DNA of 64,000 bases from an uncultured Clostridium sp. (GTDB lineage Bacteria > Bacillota > Clostridia > TANB77 > CAG-508): the NCBI GenBank assembly GCA_947365805.1, contig CANAZY010000005.1, positions 41,889 through 105,888 of the forward strand, read 5' to 3'. Below the pieces are notes generated by a model. That model searched no databases. It was given only the letters and a program-made list of their open reading frames with translations, and had not been told where the DNA came from. Each line of letters opens with the position of its first letter. The stretch's first letter is position 1. A program made the translations under genes and the position numbers. Positions 38,437 to 49,304 of the stretch are shown here, piece after piece.

Positions 38437-39174
38437 TTAAGCTGTTTCTTCTAAATATTGTTTTACTACTATTTTGGTTTCCCCATCCATCTTAATAGAA
38501 CCTTGATGTAACCATACTGCTCTTGTACAAAATCTTTGAACAGAGTCCATTCCATGTGTAACAAAAACAATGGTCTTTCCTTCTCTTTTTAAGTCTTCTA
38601 TTTTTTGGAAACACTTTTCTTGAAAATGTTGGTCTCCAACTGATAAAATTTCATCAATAAGTAAGATATCAGCATCTACATTAATGGCAACAGAGAAAGC
38701 AAGTCGCATATACATACCAGAAGAATATGTTCTTACTGGATTATCAATAAAATCTTTTAATTCTGAAAACTCTATAATTTGTTCCATTCTTTTATCAATT
38801 TCTTTTCTTGTTAATCCAAAAATAGAAGCATTAAAATAAATATTCTCTCTTCCTGAAAAATCCGGATGAAACCCTGCACCTAATTCTAAAAGAGATGTCA
38901 ATTTTCCATTTGTTTCGATTTTTCCTTTATTTGGGTATATAATTTTAGTCATTAACTTTAATAATGTTGATTTTCCACTTCCATTTACTCCAATCAAGCC
39001 AACAACTTCACCTTTTTTTATTTCTAAATTAATATCTTTTAGTATTTGTCTTACTTCTCTTTTTGTTCTGTTCCAAAACAGCAATTTTTCTTTCATTGTA
39101 TTTGTTTTATCATAATATACATTAAAAGACTTGTCCACATGTTCTACATGTATTGCTATATTATCTTTTGGCAT
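38437..39174 (-). CDS. ABC transporter ATP-binding protein (Wzt/TagH-like)
   Basis: Walker A GVNGSGKST, signature YSSGM, Walker B ILLIDE. Confidence 0.85.
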   Translation of the reverse strand: MPKDNIAIHVEHVDKSFNVYYDKTNTMKEKLLFWNRTKREVRQILKDINLEIKKGEVVGLIGVNGSGKSTLLKLMTKIIYPNKGKIETNGKLTSLLELGAGFHPDFSGRENIYFNASIFGLTRKEIDKRMEQIIEFSELKDFIDNPVRTYSSGMYMRLAFSVAINVDADILLIDEILSVGDQHFQEKCFQKIEDLKREGKTIVFVTHGMDSVQRFCTRAVWLHQGSIKMDGETKIVVKQYLEETA

Positions 39175-39249
39175 TCTTCTTTCCTCCCTTTTTATGTTTT
39201 TGTAATTATATCATAATTTAAATGAATTTCAAACATAATATAAGATATT

Positions 39250-40398
39250 TTAAAATTTATTAAAACAATCCTTTTCTATCAATTCATACCACATTTTCTC
39301 TACTTGTTCTACTTTATATTGTTGCGATTCTTCCCTTGCCTTTTCTCCTATTGTTTGTCTTAATTCTTCATTTATCATCAATTCATTTATTTTGTCTGCC
39401 ATTTCTTCTTTGTTACGATTCTCAATTAAAAATCCATTTTTTCCATTTTGTATAATTTCTTTTGGTCCTTCAGCACTATCAAATGCAAGAATCGGCAACC
39501 CATAACTTTCTGCCTCAATCAGTACTAATCCAAAACTCTCATGAAAAGATGTCATAACATAAATAGAGGATTGTAACATAAGTTCATTCAGTTCCTTTTC
39601 TTTTTGAAATCCTAATAACTGAATTTTATCCTGTAACTTCTTTTCTTTAATTTTGTTTTCTATTTTCTCTCGTTCCTGCCCATCTCCTGCAATCGTCAAA
39701 CACCAACCTGGATTTTTTTTGCTTACTATTTCAAAAACATCAATCAAATCCAAAAATCCTTTTTCAGGTGAGAACCTGCCAGCTGAAAGGACTCTTGGTT
39801 GTTTTAAGTTTGATACAATATTAGGATAATATTGTAAACAATTTGGTATGTAAATACATTTTACTGTACTTCCTTTTAATCTCTCGTTATAAATCTGTGT
39901 TAACTGTTTAGAAACTGGCACAAAATAATCAATCTTTTTAAGTGACTTTACAATTTTTGTAACATATCTTTTGTTTCCATTATTATTATGTTCCTGCGCT
40001 ATTTTAATCATTTGTTTATCACCATATTTACCAAGTAATTTACTATGGATATATCTTGTAGAAATGGCAATATCACAGTCTAGATTTTTAATTGCTTTTA
40101 TCATTAACATTCTTCTTAAGTAAAGAATTTTAATTGCTTTCATACCTTCTTTTAAAATTCTTATTACTTGGAAGTTTTTAAGTGCTTCTTTAAATTCCTT
40201 AGCATTTGGTTTTAAATTTGGCATTAAATATTCAATTTTTACTCTACTATCAATTTCAAATGCAGGTTTTTCCTCGATTCGATAATTTGCAATAATCTCT
40301 ACCTCATATTGTTTTGCAAGCATATTACTTAGAGTAGAAACTGCTTTTTCGACTCCACCTGTAGACAAATGTAAGGCTAGTATTGTTATTTTTTTCAT
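39250..40398 (-). CDS. family 4 (GT1-fold) glycosyltransferase
   Basis: SFHESFGLVLIEAESYGLPILAF (E-x7-E region). Confidence 0.75.
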   Translation of the reverse strand: MKKITILALHLSTGGVEKAVSTLSNMLAKQYEVEIIANYRIEEKPAFEIDSRVKIEYLMPNLKPNAKEFKEALKNFQVIRILKEGMKAIKILYLRRMLMIKAIKNLDCDIAISTRYIHSKLLGKYGDKQMIKIAQEHNNNGNKRYVTKIVKSLKKIDYFVPVSKQLTQIYNERLKGSTVKCIYIPNCLQYYPNIVSNLKQPRVLSAGRFSPEKGFLDLIDVFEIVSKKNPGWCLTIAGDGQEREKIENKIKEKKLQDKIQLLGFQKEKELNELMLQSSIYVMTSFHESFGLVLIEAESYGLPILAFDSAEGPKEIIQNGKNGFLIENRNKEEMADKINELMINEELRQTIGEKAREESQQYKVEQVEKMWYELIEKDCFNKF

Positions 40399-41732
40399 TG
40401 TTCTATTTCTCCTTTGTCATTTCTTATGGCAAAATTGCATTGTAGTAAAATTATTACAATATAAATACTAACTGCTGGTGAAACAAAAACATGTCCTGCA
40501 AGTAAAGCTACTACCGCAATCATAACAATTGAATAGATTGGTTCAATTCCTAACACTCTCTTATTGATGATAGAATAACGCATAAAAACAATTGCAAATA
40601 TTAAGATTGGAAGAGCAAAAAGAATGGTTCCTATTATGCCATTGCAAAACAAAATATCATAATAATCCATTTCCGTTAATTTTAATTCCTGTGTTTTACC
40701 GTTTTCATTTTCTACAAAACCAATTCCAAATAATTTGTGGGAAATGTCACCAGAATAAAATTTTTCTTTATTCGCCTTTAAAAAATCATTTCTTCCACTT
40801 ACTGATGCTGTTTTAAGTTCTTCAAAATTTTTAAACTCTGTTAATTTTGACGGTTCTTGTTTCTTTCCGAATTGAAAATCCTGTTTTGTAATAGGAAATA
40901 CATCTCCATATATTTTAGCTAAGTTTTCTCCAACTGGAGTTATTCCTGTTAGTAGATAAACTACAATTAAAAATCCAAAAAGGATTCCTGCCTTTTTATA
41001 TAAGTGTTTCATCTTTTTTGTTTTTCCTTTAACAATACAAACAAACATGACAGTTAATATTAGTATAATTAGTCCAAAATATGGCACTTTTGTTCCTAGT
41101 TGTAGTACCGCATAAACAAATAACAATGCATAAATTCCTTTTATCCATGTTAATTTTTCCTTTACTAAATCTACTACTAAAAATGGAGATAGTAAACACA
41201 AAATGGCTCCTATTTCATTGGCAGAATAAAACAATCCTACTGTTCCCGCTTTATCTCCTGCTTTATAAGTAAGAAATGCAATACCACAGATATTAGCAAT
41301 AAAAATAGTTAAAACATATAACATCAATGTTGTTGCTAATATTTTTCGATCGATATTGATTTTATACTCTTTAAAAATTGGAATAAGTGCTACCAGTATA
41401 ATTGGCAAATAAAAGTTTTTTATAAGACCTTTTACTTGAACGAACATCAAATTAATTCCATTTTCCATATAAGCATTTACTAGAAAAACTAACATGTAAA
41501 TGCATAAGAATCCATAATATATACACATACCCATTGTGTATTTTTTATCTGCTTTTATGAGTCCTAATATCACTAGAAATATCATAAAGATTGTTCGAAT
41601 CACAATTCCAAATGTAATAGTAGCATTTGCATACTGAATACTTAATCCAGTAATGATATCAATGATTGGTTGTAATAGAATAAATAGTATAATAATATTT
41701 GGTACCGTTAATTTCTCTTTTAATTTTTCCAT
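40395..41732 (-). CDS. O-antigen ligase/polymerase-like (Wzy_C) membrane protein
   Basis: Polytopic protein with a large loop. Start at 41732 (GAGAGGAAA RBS) is preferred. Confidence 0.55.
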   Translation of the reverse strand: MEKLKEKLTVPNIIILFILLQPIIDIITGLSIQYANATITFGIVIRTIFMIFLVILGLIKADKKYTMGMCIYYGFLCIYMLVFLVNAYMENGINLMFVQVKGLIKNFYLPIILVALIPIFKEYKINIDRKILATTLMLYVLTIFIANICGIAFLTYKAGDKAGTVGLFYSANEIGAILCLLSPFLVVDLVKEKLTWIKGIYALLFVYAVLQLGTKVPYFGLIILILTVMFVCIVKGKTKKMKHLYKKAGILFGFLIVVYLLTGITPVGENLAKIYGDVFPITKQDFQFGKKQEPSKLTEFKNFEELKTASVSGRNDFLKANKEKFYSGDISHKLFGIGFVENENGKTQELKLTEMDYYDILFCNGIIGTILFALPILIFAIVFMRYSIINKRVLGIEPIYSIVMIAVVALLAGHVFVSPAVSIYIVIILLQCNFAIRNDKGEIEQ

Positions 41733-42712
41733 GTTTTTCCTCTCTTTATACAATTCTTTAGTTTTTGAAATAGTACAATAAGCCATAATTGGTTTGTATA
41801 AAAAATTCTACAATTTAGCTTAAAAACATTATCTTCATTTTTATAATATCGATTATTTTTCCAATTTGGATATTGTTCTTTCATAATTTGAACAATTTTA
41901 TAAACTTCTTTTCTTCCTTCTTTATATTCCAAAAATCTTCCTGTTCCTGCATATAGTAAGTGTTTAATATAAATAAATTCTAATTCTTCTTTATACTGTT
42001 CTAATGTTCCAGATTCTTTAAATCCTTTCATTAGTGTTTCAAGTACAAGATAAATAGAGAATAACTTATCATTAAAAATATCTTGTCTCATAGTAGAACC
42101 TTGTCTTATGTAATACTCGTAATATGGCTCTTCTAAGTATGCTATTTTATTGGCATATACACCAAGTAGCGGAATCATAGCGATATCTTCATATATTCCT
42201 GTTTCTAAAAAGTAAAGCTTATTTGATTTTAACAATTTTTTCTGTATTAATTTGTTACAAGGTCCAGCTACAGAAACAATATAATCTTTTTTTAAATCTT
42301 GTGTTTTCCTAGGAATTGCTTTTTTTAGTACTTTTTTCTTTTCTGTTATTTCATAATAGTCACAAATAATAACTTCTGCTTGCTTTTTCTTTGCCATATC
42401 ATACATTTCTTCTAGCATAGTAGGAGCAATTTTATCATCTGCATCTACAAAGGTAATAAATTCTCCTGTTGCTAAATCAATTCCTATGTTTCTTGCTTTT
42501 CCTTGCCCTTCATTTTTCTTTGTTACTAATTTGATAATTTGAGGGTATTTTTCTACATATGTTTCTATGATACTTTTTGTTTTATCAGTCGAACCATCAT
42601 TAATTACAATCATTTCAAGTTCTGTTAGGGTTTGTTCTAAAATACTATCTAAACAAGTTTTTATATATTTTTCTACATTATATGCTGGTATAACAACACT
42701 TACCTTTACCAT
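41720..42712 (-). CDS. family 2 glycosyltransferase
   Basis: VSVVIPAYNVEKYIKTCLDSI...MIVINDGSTDKT...FVDADD. Confidence 0.8.
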   Translation of the reverse strand: MVKVSVVIPAYNVEKYIKTCLDSILEQTLTELEMIVINDGSTDKTKSIIETYVEKYPQIIKLVTKKNEGQGKARNIGIDLATGEFITFVDADDKIAPTMLEEMYDMAKKKQAEVIICDYYEITEKKKVLKKAIPRKTQDLKKDYIVSVAGPCNKLIQKKLLKSNKLYFLETGIYEDIAMIPLLGVYANKIAYLEEPYYEYYIRQGSTMRQDIFNDKLFSIYLVLETLMKGFKESGTLEQYKEELEFIYIKHLLYAGTGRFLEYKEGRKEVYKIVQIMKEQYPNWKNNRYYKNEDNVFKLNCRIFYTNQLWLIVLFQKLKNCIKRGKTWKN

Positions 42713-42727
42713 ATCTTCTCCCATTCT

Positions 42728-43678
42728 TTACTTTATTAATTTCAAATACCAATTGATATTAATGGATAATATTACTATTTTAAATACTTGTCTTATTCCT
42801 TTTATTTTTATATTTTGAATCATTTTTCTCTCATGAATCTGTTTTATGTATTGGTTTCTATCTTCTTTTTTAATGGATTTTAGTTTTAAAAAAATTGCAT
42901 TGGTATAATACATTTTTACATTTTCTTGTGTCTTTTGATTTATATTAAACTTATTGATAAGTTCTAGCATATTATCATAATGTATTAAAGAATCCTCAAA
43001 TCTTTTTTTCGTTTTTTGGTAATCATTATTTCTTGTAATACTATTATTGGTTTGAACATAATAATATCCATAAATATCAGTAGATACAATAGATTTTGCC
43101 ATTAATAACACAAGTGGAATTAGTCCAAAATCTTCATGGTATGTTCCTGTTTTAAAGAAAAGTTTATTTGTAATAAACAATTCTTTTTTAAATACATATA
43201 CACATGGAGAGTCAATTAGTTTGTCCAAAAATGCAAGTTGATTAAATGCCTCTTGTCCATCTAAAGCCTCAAAACATGGTCCATCTATTTTATCAATTAT
43301 TTCATTCTGACTATTAACACAAGTCAACTTAAATTTAACAATATCAATATCTTGTTCTAAATAAGGTTGGATATTGGAAATTAATGTTTTATCAATATAA
43401 TCATCGGAATCTACAAACATAATATATTTTCCTTTGGCATGTGTAATTCCAAAATTACGAGTTGCTGCAATTCCCTCATTGTCCTTCTCATAATAAGAAA
43501 TATTCTCCTTATATTTACCAAGATATTCCTTTATTACTTCTTTTGTTCCATCTGTAGAACCATCATTTACAATTACAATTTCTAGGTTTTCATCTAATTG
43601 TTCTGTGATGGAATCAATTGCTCTTTTTATCGTTTTTTCTCTATTATATACAGGAATAATTATACTTAATCTTGTCAT
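42728..43678 (-). CDS. family 2 glycosyltransferase
   Basis: LSIIIPVYNREKTIKRAIDSI...IVIVNDGSTDGT...FVDSDD. Confidence 0.8.
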   Translation of the reverse strand: MTRLSIIIPVYNREKTIKRAIDSITEQLDENLEIVIVNDGSTDGTKEVIKEYLGKYKENISYYEKDNEGIAATRNFGITHAKGKYIMFVDSDDYIDKTLISNIQPYLEQDIDIVKFKLTCVNSQNEIIDKIDGPCFEALDGQEAFNQLAFLDKLIDSPCVYVFKKELFITNKLFFKTGTYHEDFGLIPLVLLMAKSIVSTDIYGYYYVQTNNSITRNNDYQKTKKRFEDSLIHYDNMLELINKFNINQKTQENVKMYYTNAIFLKLKSIKKEDRNQYIKQIHERKMIQNIKIKGIRQVFKIVILSININWYLKLIK

Positions 43679-43701
43679 CTTGTTCCTTTCTTTGACTATT
43701 T

Positions 43702-44787
43702 TTATTGATTTATCATATCTTCTATTTTTTCTATTATAGTTTCATTATAAACTTTAGCATTAAATTTTTCTTTTATTTCATATCCATGCTCTATAAAATC
43801 CTTCATAGCATTATATATATCATCTATTTCTTTTGAAACGACTTTTCCAAATTTACCTTCTACATCTTCTTTTGCATCTGATACATTCGTTGTAATAATT
43901 GGTTTTCCTAAAACAAATGCTTCTTGAAATACAACTGGATATCCTTCATAATCAGAAGTTAGTAAGATAGCATCTGCCATTTTAAAATAAGGATATGGGT
44001 TTTTCTGTATGCCATATAGTTTAATATAATTTTGTAATTTTTTCTCTTGTATCAATTTTGTATACAAATCACTATCTTTTCCACCACCAACAAACCATAT
44101 TTGAAACAAAATTCCATCATCTTTTAACTTTTCAGCAGTTAATATAGCCCTTGTTAGTCTTTTTTCTACTTCATCATGTCTTCCAACAATTAAAAAGGTA
44201 TAACTGTTTTCTTTTTTTAATTCAATATCTTTATTCGCTAACATTTCTATCTTATGATAGTTAATAATATTTCCAATACAAATCAGTTTTTCTTCTAGTT
44301 CTGGATATATCTTATCAAACGATTGATAAGATGCTTTTGAAACAAAAACAATACGTTTAAAATTTTCACATTTTACACTATCAAAAAAGTCTCTCATTTT
44401 AGGGATATCTTTATGATAAACTTGCATATAGTCTGAATGTACCCATAAAGCATTATTAGAAGAGGCTGTTCTTGCTGTATATGATGCCATTTGTGAATAA
44501 GTAGCATAGGCTGCTGCAAAGTCAAATTTATTTTTATATATTAACGCAAATTGAATCCTTTTTGCTAAATTTAGTATTTTTCTAACAAAAACGATTTTAC
44601 ATTCGCAAGGTTTATATTCTATTACATGTATTCTACTATCTAATTCTTTTAAGAAAATTCCTTGTTTCTTTTCTAAAACTAAAGTAATATCATAATCACG
44701 TTCTATTAAGGTATTTAGTAACGTAAGAAGTGAAGTTTCAATTCCACCAACGTTCATATCATATGCTGAAAATAGCAGTTTTTTCAT
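43702..44787 (-). CDS. family 4 (GT1-fold) glycosyltransferase
   Basis: LLTSDYEGYPVVFQEAFVLGKPIITT. Confidence 0.7.
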   Translation of the reverse strand: MKKLLFSAYDMNVGGIETSLLTLLNTLIERDYDITLVLEKKQGIFLKELDSRIHVIEYKPCECKIVFVRKILNLAKRIQFALIYKNKFDFAAAYATYSQMASYTARTASSNNALWVHSDYMQVYHKDIPKMRDFFDSVKCENFKRIVFVSKASYQSFDKIYPELEEKLICIGNIINYHKIEMLANKDIELKKENSYTFLIVGRHDEVEKRLTRAILTAEKLKDDGILFQIWFVGGGKDSDLYTKLIQEKKLQNYIKLYGIQKNPYPYFKMADAILLTSDYEGYPVVFQEAFVLGKPIITTNVSDAKEDVEGKFGKVVSKEIDDIYNAMKDFIEHGYEIKEKFNAKVYNETIIEKIEDMINQ

Positions 44788-44885
44788 ATTCTTCTCTCCC
44801 AGTCTAAATTTCGTTACACATTATATCACACTTTATTTTCAAGAGCAAATAAAAAAAGAGATGTTATTTCATCTCTTACAAAATC

Positions 44886-45086
44886 TTATTCAATTCCATA
44901 TTTTTTCTTAAATTTATCTGCTCTACCACCAGTTGTATTTAATTTTAAATTACCTGTCCAAAATGGATGACATTTTGAGCAAACATCTACTTTTATATCT
45001 TTTTTTGTTGATTTTGTTGTAAACACATTACCACATGCACATGTGATTGTTGTTTCTGTAAATTCTGGATGTAATCCTTCTTTCAT
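44886..45086 (-). CDS. rpmE: 50S ribosomal protein L31
   Basis: MKEGLHPEF...CACGN...[20 protein letters not shown] before ATG 45086. Confidence 0.9.
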   Translation of the reverse strand: MKEGLHPEFTETTITCACGNVFTTKSTKKDIKVDVCSKCHPFWTGNLKLNTTGGRADKFKKKYGIE

Positions 45087-45180
45087 CTTGTATTCACCTC
45101 TTTCTTCCTTGTACATTAAATTTTCTAACGAATATCTTACCATATTTTAAAATTTATTTCAACCTTATGTCGTTATTTTT

Positions 45181-45336
45181 TTATTTTTTTTCATTATCTT
45201 GATTCATAATGTATTGTGCAGAAGTTTTTAATTCTTCCACAAATGGTATTTTTTTCACTAGTTTTGAAATAATATTAAATAAACATGCAATAATTAAAAC
45301 AAAAAATAAAAATTTTTTCCAAATCTTAGCAGCCAT
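45181..45336 (-). CDS. 51-aa small membrane protein (not in the ORF track)
   Basis: Own translation: MAAKIWKKFLFFVLIIACLFNIISKLVKKIPFVEELKTSAQYIMNQDNEKK. GGAGGAAAAAGA precedes the ATG. Confidence 0.4.
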   Translation of the reverse strand: MAAKIWKKFLFFVLIIACLFNIISKLVKKIPFVEELKTSAQYIMNQDNEKK

Positions 45337-45444
45337 TCTTTTTCCTCCGTTTTTCTAACTCTATTTATAATTATACTATATTTTTAAGTTTTGTCAATAT
45401 TATTCGTTTTATTGGTTATAATAAGAGTGTTATAATTTAGGAGG

Positions 45445-46116
45445 ATGAATATGAAAAAGACTTTTTCTTTTATCATTATATTGATTTTATTTGTTTTAGT
45501 ACTTACAGGATGCTCTAATAACAAAGAAAACAGCAATGAAGATTCTAGTAATACCGCTAATGCCGAAAGGACTAGTACAAATATATCTGTAGAAAATAAT
45601 ACACAAAATAATACTGTTACAAATGAAATTCGTGTTGGTGCTTTTGAAAATAAAGAGACATCTGAAGAAGAACTTGCTTCTTTTTCTACAAAACTTGGAG
45701 GAAAAAATACCCCAAGAAGTAGAAACATTGCTCTTACCACTTCTATTTTAAATGAAACAGTTGTAGGTCCTGGGGAAACTTTTTCTTTTTGTAACACAAT
45801 AGGAAAGCCAACTGCTGATAGAGGTTATGAAGAAGCTGATTCTTTTGATGCAGATGGTAATACTATTAAAACATATGGTGGTGGAAACTGCCAAGTAAGT
45901 AGTACCCTTTATAATGTTGTACTACAAATTCCAGACTTAAAAGTTACCGAAAGACATCCTCATATAAAACCCGTTCACTATGTTGCAAAAGATAAAGATG
46001 CAACCATTGCTTATGGTAGTGTCGATTTTAAATTTAAAAACAATACTGGAAATGATATTAAAATTTATGCTAATTCCGATTTATCTAGTGTGAATGTACG
46101 AATTGTTAAAATATAA
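45445..46116 (+). CDS. VanW-domain lipoprotein
   Basis: Lipobox LVLTGCS. GGGNCQVSSTLYNVVLQ is the VanW signature. Confidence 0.7.
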   Translation: MNMKKTFSFIIILILFVLVLTGCSNNKENSNEDSSNTANAERTSTNISVENNTQNNTVTNEIRVGAFENKETSEEELASFSTKLGGKNTPRSRNIALTTSILNETVVGPGETFSFCNTIGKPTADRGYEEADSFDADGNTIKTYGGGNCQVSSTLYNVVLQIPDLKVTERHPHIKPVHYVAKDKDATIAYGSVDFKFKNNTGNDIKIYANSDLSSVNVRIVKI

Positions 46117-46163
46117 ACACAAAAAGCCATTGTAGTATTACAATGGCTTTTTGTGTTTAATCT

Positions 46164-46679
46164 TTAAAAATAAGTCATAATCATGCTCACAGGAGTTGTC
46201 TTTATTCCTTTCAAATATTCAAGCTTCTGTTTTGATATGCAAATAATTTCTTGAGCAATGTATAGATTTTCTGGACTATCCACCGGATGAAGTTCACCTA
46301 ATTCTATTCTATATACATTATAAAGTTCCCAATTTGATTGCAAATGATTTTTTAATTTATAATACTGTTCAAAGTGCAATGCTTCCATGAGAATTGATGG
46401 TATATAGTAAAATATTCGAATCAACCTACCTGTGTCCTGTATAATAACAGCCTCTTCAAAAGGATTAATAGTATCTATACTTCCTTTTTTCTCATTTTGA
46501 TACCCTTTATAATTATAGCTCTCTTGCATTGGCATGTTCAAAAGTTTGTCATATCCATAAATAATTTTTACTTTCGAACTCCGGCACTTTTCATTGCCAT
46601 ATTCCTTTATGACTTCCCATGTAGTTTCTGTAGGCTTTAGCTCCTTCCGAGCAACTTCAGATACTTTTTTTCGAAACAT
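46164..46679 (-). CDS. hypothetical protein; contains two in-frame CGG codons read in the 0 frame
   Basis: Continuous ORF. The start could be 46727 or 46679. CGG codons at 46647-46649 and 46581-46583. Confidence 0.5.
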   Translation of the reverse strand: MFRKKVSEVARKELKPTETTWEVIKEYGNEKCRSSKVKIIYGYDKLLNMPMQESYNYKGYQNEKKGSIDTINPFEEAVIIQDTGRLIRIFYYIPSILMEALHFEQYYKLKNHLQSNWELYNVYRIELGELHPVDSPENLYIAQEIICISKQKLEYLKGIKTTPVSMIMTYF

Positions 46680-46795
46680 AACCTTCCTCCTTTTTAATAA
46701 AAGTAAAAAACTTTTATATACATGCAATTCCTAATAGGCAAACAATTAGTTACTTCACTATTATATCGTTTTTTACATAATATGTCAACAGTAAA

Positions 46796-46820
46796 ACAGG
46801 CCCGACATATGCGGACCTGT
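46796..46820 (-). terminator. greA terminator hairpin
   Basis: ACAGGCCCG/CGGACCTGT, with TTTT following on the minus strand. Confidence 0.5.
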
Positions 46821-46822
46821 TT

Positions 46823-47299
46823 CTATTTTTTTATTGATAGAATTTTATATTTTACAATACCTGCTGGTACTTTTATTTCAATTTCTTCTCCTTTTTTTGC
46901 TCCAAGTAAAGCTGCACCAATTGGGGATTCATTTGAAATTTTATTTTGTGATAAGTCTACTTCTGTAGAACCAACAATGGTATATTCTTCTTCCTCATCA
47001 AATTCTAAGTCTTTTACTTTTACTGTATTTCCAACTTGTACGGTTTTTGTATCAATTTCAGATTCATCAATAATTTTTGCATATCTTAGTTTTGTTTCTA
47101 AGTTTGCAATTTTAATTTCGTTTTCTGCTTGTGCATTTTTTGCTTCATCATATTCTGAGTTTTCAGATAAGTCACCAAATCCTAATGCTACTTTAATACG
47201 TTCTGCAATTTCTGCCCTTTTTTCTGTTCTTAAATATTCTACTTCTTTTTCTAATTTATCATATCCCTCTTGAGTTAATAATACTTCCTTTTCTTCCAT
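46823..47299 (-). CDS. greA: transcription elongation factor GreA
   Basis: 158 aa. [16 protein letters not shown]...[13 protein letters not shown]. Confidence 0.9.
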   Translation of the reverse strand: MEEKEVLLTQEGYDKLEKEVEYLRTEKRAEIAERIKVALGFGDLSENSEYDEAKNAQAENEIKIANLETKLRYAKIIDESEIDTKTVQVGNTVKVKDLEFDEEEEYTIVGSTEVDLSQNKISNESPIGAALLGAKKGEEIEIKVPAGIVKYKILSIKK

Positions 47300-47380
47300 A
47301 ATAAATAGTCTCCTCTCTAACTAGAAACAAAATTGTTTCTTTTCACATTGTCTCTATCTTAAGATAATTAACTTGTTTTG

Positions 47381-48208
47381 TCAAGTATTTTTTGTTAATT
47401 TATTAGAAGTCCTTATATATTCTTCTCTATGAATGATTCCCTTTTTTCCAATTAAATTAACAATTCTAACGTTTTCTTCTTTTATTATATTTCGAATTTG
47501 TTCATATGTTTTTCCCATCATTCTTCCTTCATATACTTTTTTACTTTCAAATACTTTATCCACCACTTGCCTAGCTTCCTGTTTTATTTCATAATCATGT
47601 ATATGAATTCCACAAAATGCTTTTGCATAAATCGATGTTTTCATATTAATATCAATAACAATCGCATTAGGATTAATTGTAAATTCATTCAATTGTTCTT
47701 CTGCATAATCAAAATTGATGATTATTCTTGATTTTGATAAGCTTTTTCTTTTGTTGTTTGTAATTTGACAATAGATTCCAAAATCATCTTCTAGCATGTT
47801 TTCTAATTTCTTAAATTGTCCCATCTTTTTTGTTACAATCTGTATTCGTTTTATTTGTTTTGCAAGTTCTACTACTAGTTTTGTTAGTTCTGTAGTTTGA
47901 TTTTGAATTAGTAAGGTGATTTCTTGCTTTTCTTTTTCTTCTTTTGTCATCTTACAAATATAATCAATCATTTCTGGAATCAAATAATTAGATAAACTAC
48001 CACCTTGCAATAAATTTAAATTCAATCCCCAAATTACCCTTTTGCATTCTTCTATGCCTTCTAAATAATTTGATAAAACAATTGGTAAATTTATTTTTGC
48101 TAAAATTTTCTTTAAGAAAAGCAACTTTACTTTACGAAAACATTCTAAATTATAGTATGGCAATACACAAGCACCATTTTCATGCACTGTCATAATACAA
48201 AAGAGCAT
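47381..48208 (-). CDS. hypothetical protein
   Basis: ORF track. ATG 48208 with GGAGG 6 nt upstream. Confidence 0.45.
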   Translation of the reverse strand: MLFCIMTVHENGACVLPYYNLECFRKVKLLFLKKILAKINLPIVLSNYLEGIEECKRVIWGLNLNLLQGGSLSNYLIPEMIDYICKMTKEEKEKQEITLLIQNQTTELTKLVVELAKQIKRIQIVTKKMGQFKKLENMLEDDFGIYCQITNNKRKSLSKSRIIINFDYAEEQLNEFTINPNAIVIDINMKTSIYAKAFCGIHIHDYEIKQEARQVVDKVFESKKVYEGRMMGKTYEQIRNIIKEENVRIVNLIGKKGIIHREEYIRTSNKLTKNT

Positions 48209-48398
48209 TTTCAACCTCCATAATACCTTCTTTAAAAAAACTGGCAGTTTCGAATTTCTTTTAAATAGTTCATCAATACTTGTTAACTCTTTTAAATAAA
48301 CAACTTGAATTTTCCTTCACCTCTTAAAACAATTTGTCCTTTTATTATATTAGTAGATGTCAATTTTATGACAAAAAAGAAAGTATTAAAACTTTCTT

Positions 48399-49289
48399 TT
48401 ATTGATAATATTCTATTTTGTCAATCCAATCTTCCAATAATTCATTTAAAATTGGTTTATTCTCTACTGCTCTTGCAAATTGTGCCTTTGGTCTTGCTCT
48501 TCCGTGATAATCACTACCACCAGACATATATAATTTATGATTTTTACAAAAATTAATTAAATCCTCACTTTGTTTTTTTGTAAAATTAGAATGGCAACAT
48601 TCAAGTCCGTCTAAGTTAATTTCTTTTACTATTTTTTGAATTGTTTTTTGATGATTTTCTAATGGATATTCATATAAATGAGCCAAAAATGCGAATCCCT
48701 TTGCCTTATGAATATCTTCTATTACTTCTTGCATTTTTGGATAATCTTTTGTTTCATCAATATAAAAAATAGAATTTGGATTAGTTTGTGCTTCTCGGTA
48801 AAATGGCATTTTCATATTAATTCCATTCTTGTTTAAAATCTCTACATTTCTTTCATCTTTCCAAAGTTCCCTTTCAAAAGTAGCAGCTGCGAATTCTAGT
48901 TTTTCCATTGAAATTTGCAAATTATTGTCAAAAAGCAGTCCAATTTGACTGCCTTTCTTTTTAAGAAAATCCAAATAATTTGATTGTACTTCGTAAAGTT
49001 TTTGTTTGGTTGTAATATGATTTGATTTTTTCATCTTCTTACGCTCAAACCCATATGCTAATATTTCCATTGGCATATGATTATAAACACATTTCAGTTC
49101 TGTCCCAACAATTAGCTTTCCTTTATAATAGTCATCTATACAAATAGCATCTAATTCATCATATGCACTTATTTGATTATGGTCTGTTATTGAAATTATA
49201 CTTAATTTTTCCTGTTCCGCTTTTTGCAATATTTCAATCGGTGTAAAATCTCCATCTGAATGAGTTGTATGAATATGTAAATCAATCAT
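48399..49289 (-). CDS. PHP-domain metal-dependent phosphoesterase
   Basis: MIDLHIHTTHSDG...ITDHN...GGSDYHG. Confidence 0.75.
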   Translation of the reverse strand: MIDLHIHTTHSDGDFTPIEILQKAEQEKLSIISITDHNQISAYDELDAICIDDYYKGKLIVGTELKCVYNHMPMEILAYGFERKKMKKSNHITTKQKLYEVQSNYLDFLKKKGSQIGLLFDNNLQISMEKLEFAAATFERELWKDERNVEILNKNGINMKMPFYREAQTNPNSIFYIDETKDYPKMQEVIEDIHKAKGFAFLAHLYEYPLENHQKTIQKIVKEINLDGLECCHSNFTKKQSEDLINFCKNHKLYMSGGSDYHGRARPKAQFARAVENKPILNELLEDWIDKIEYYQ

Positions 49290-49304
49290 TCTTATTTCCC
49301 GCCT

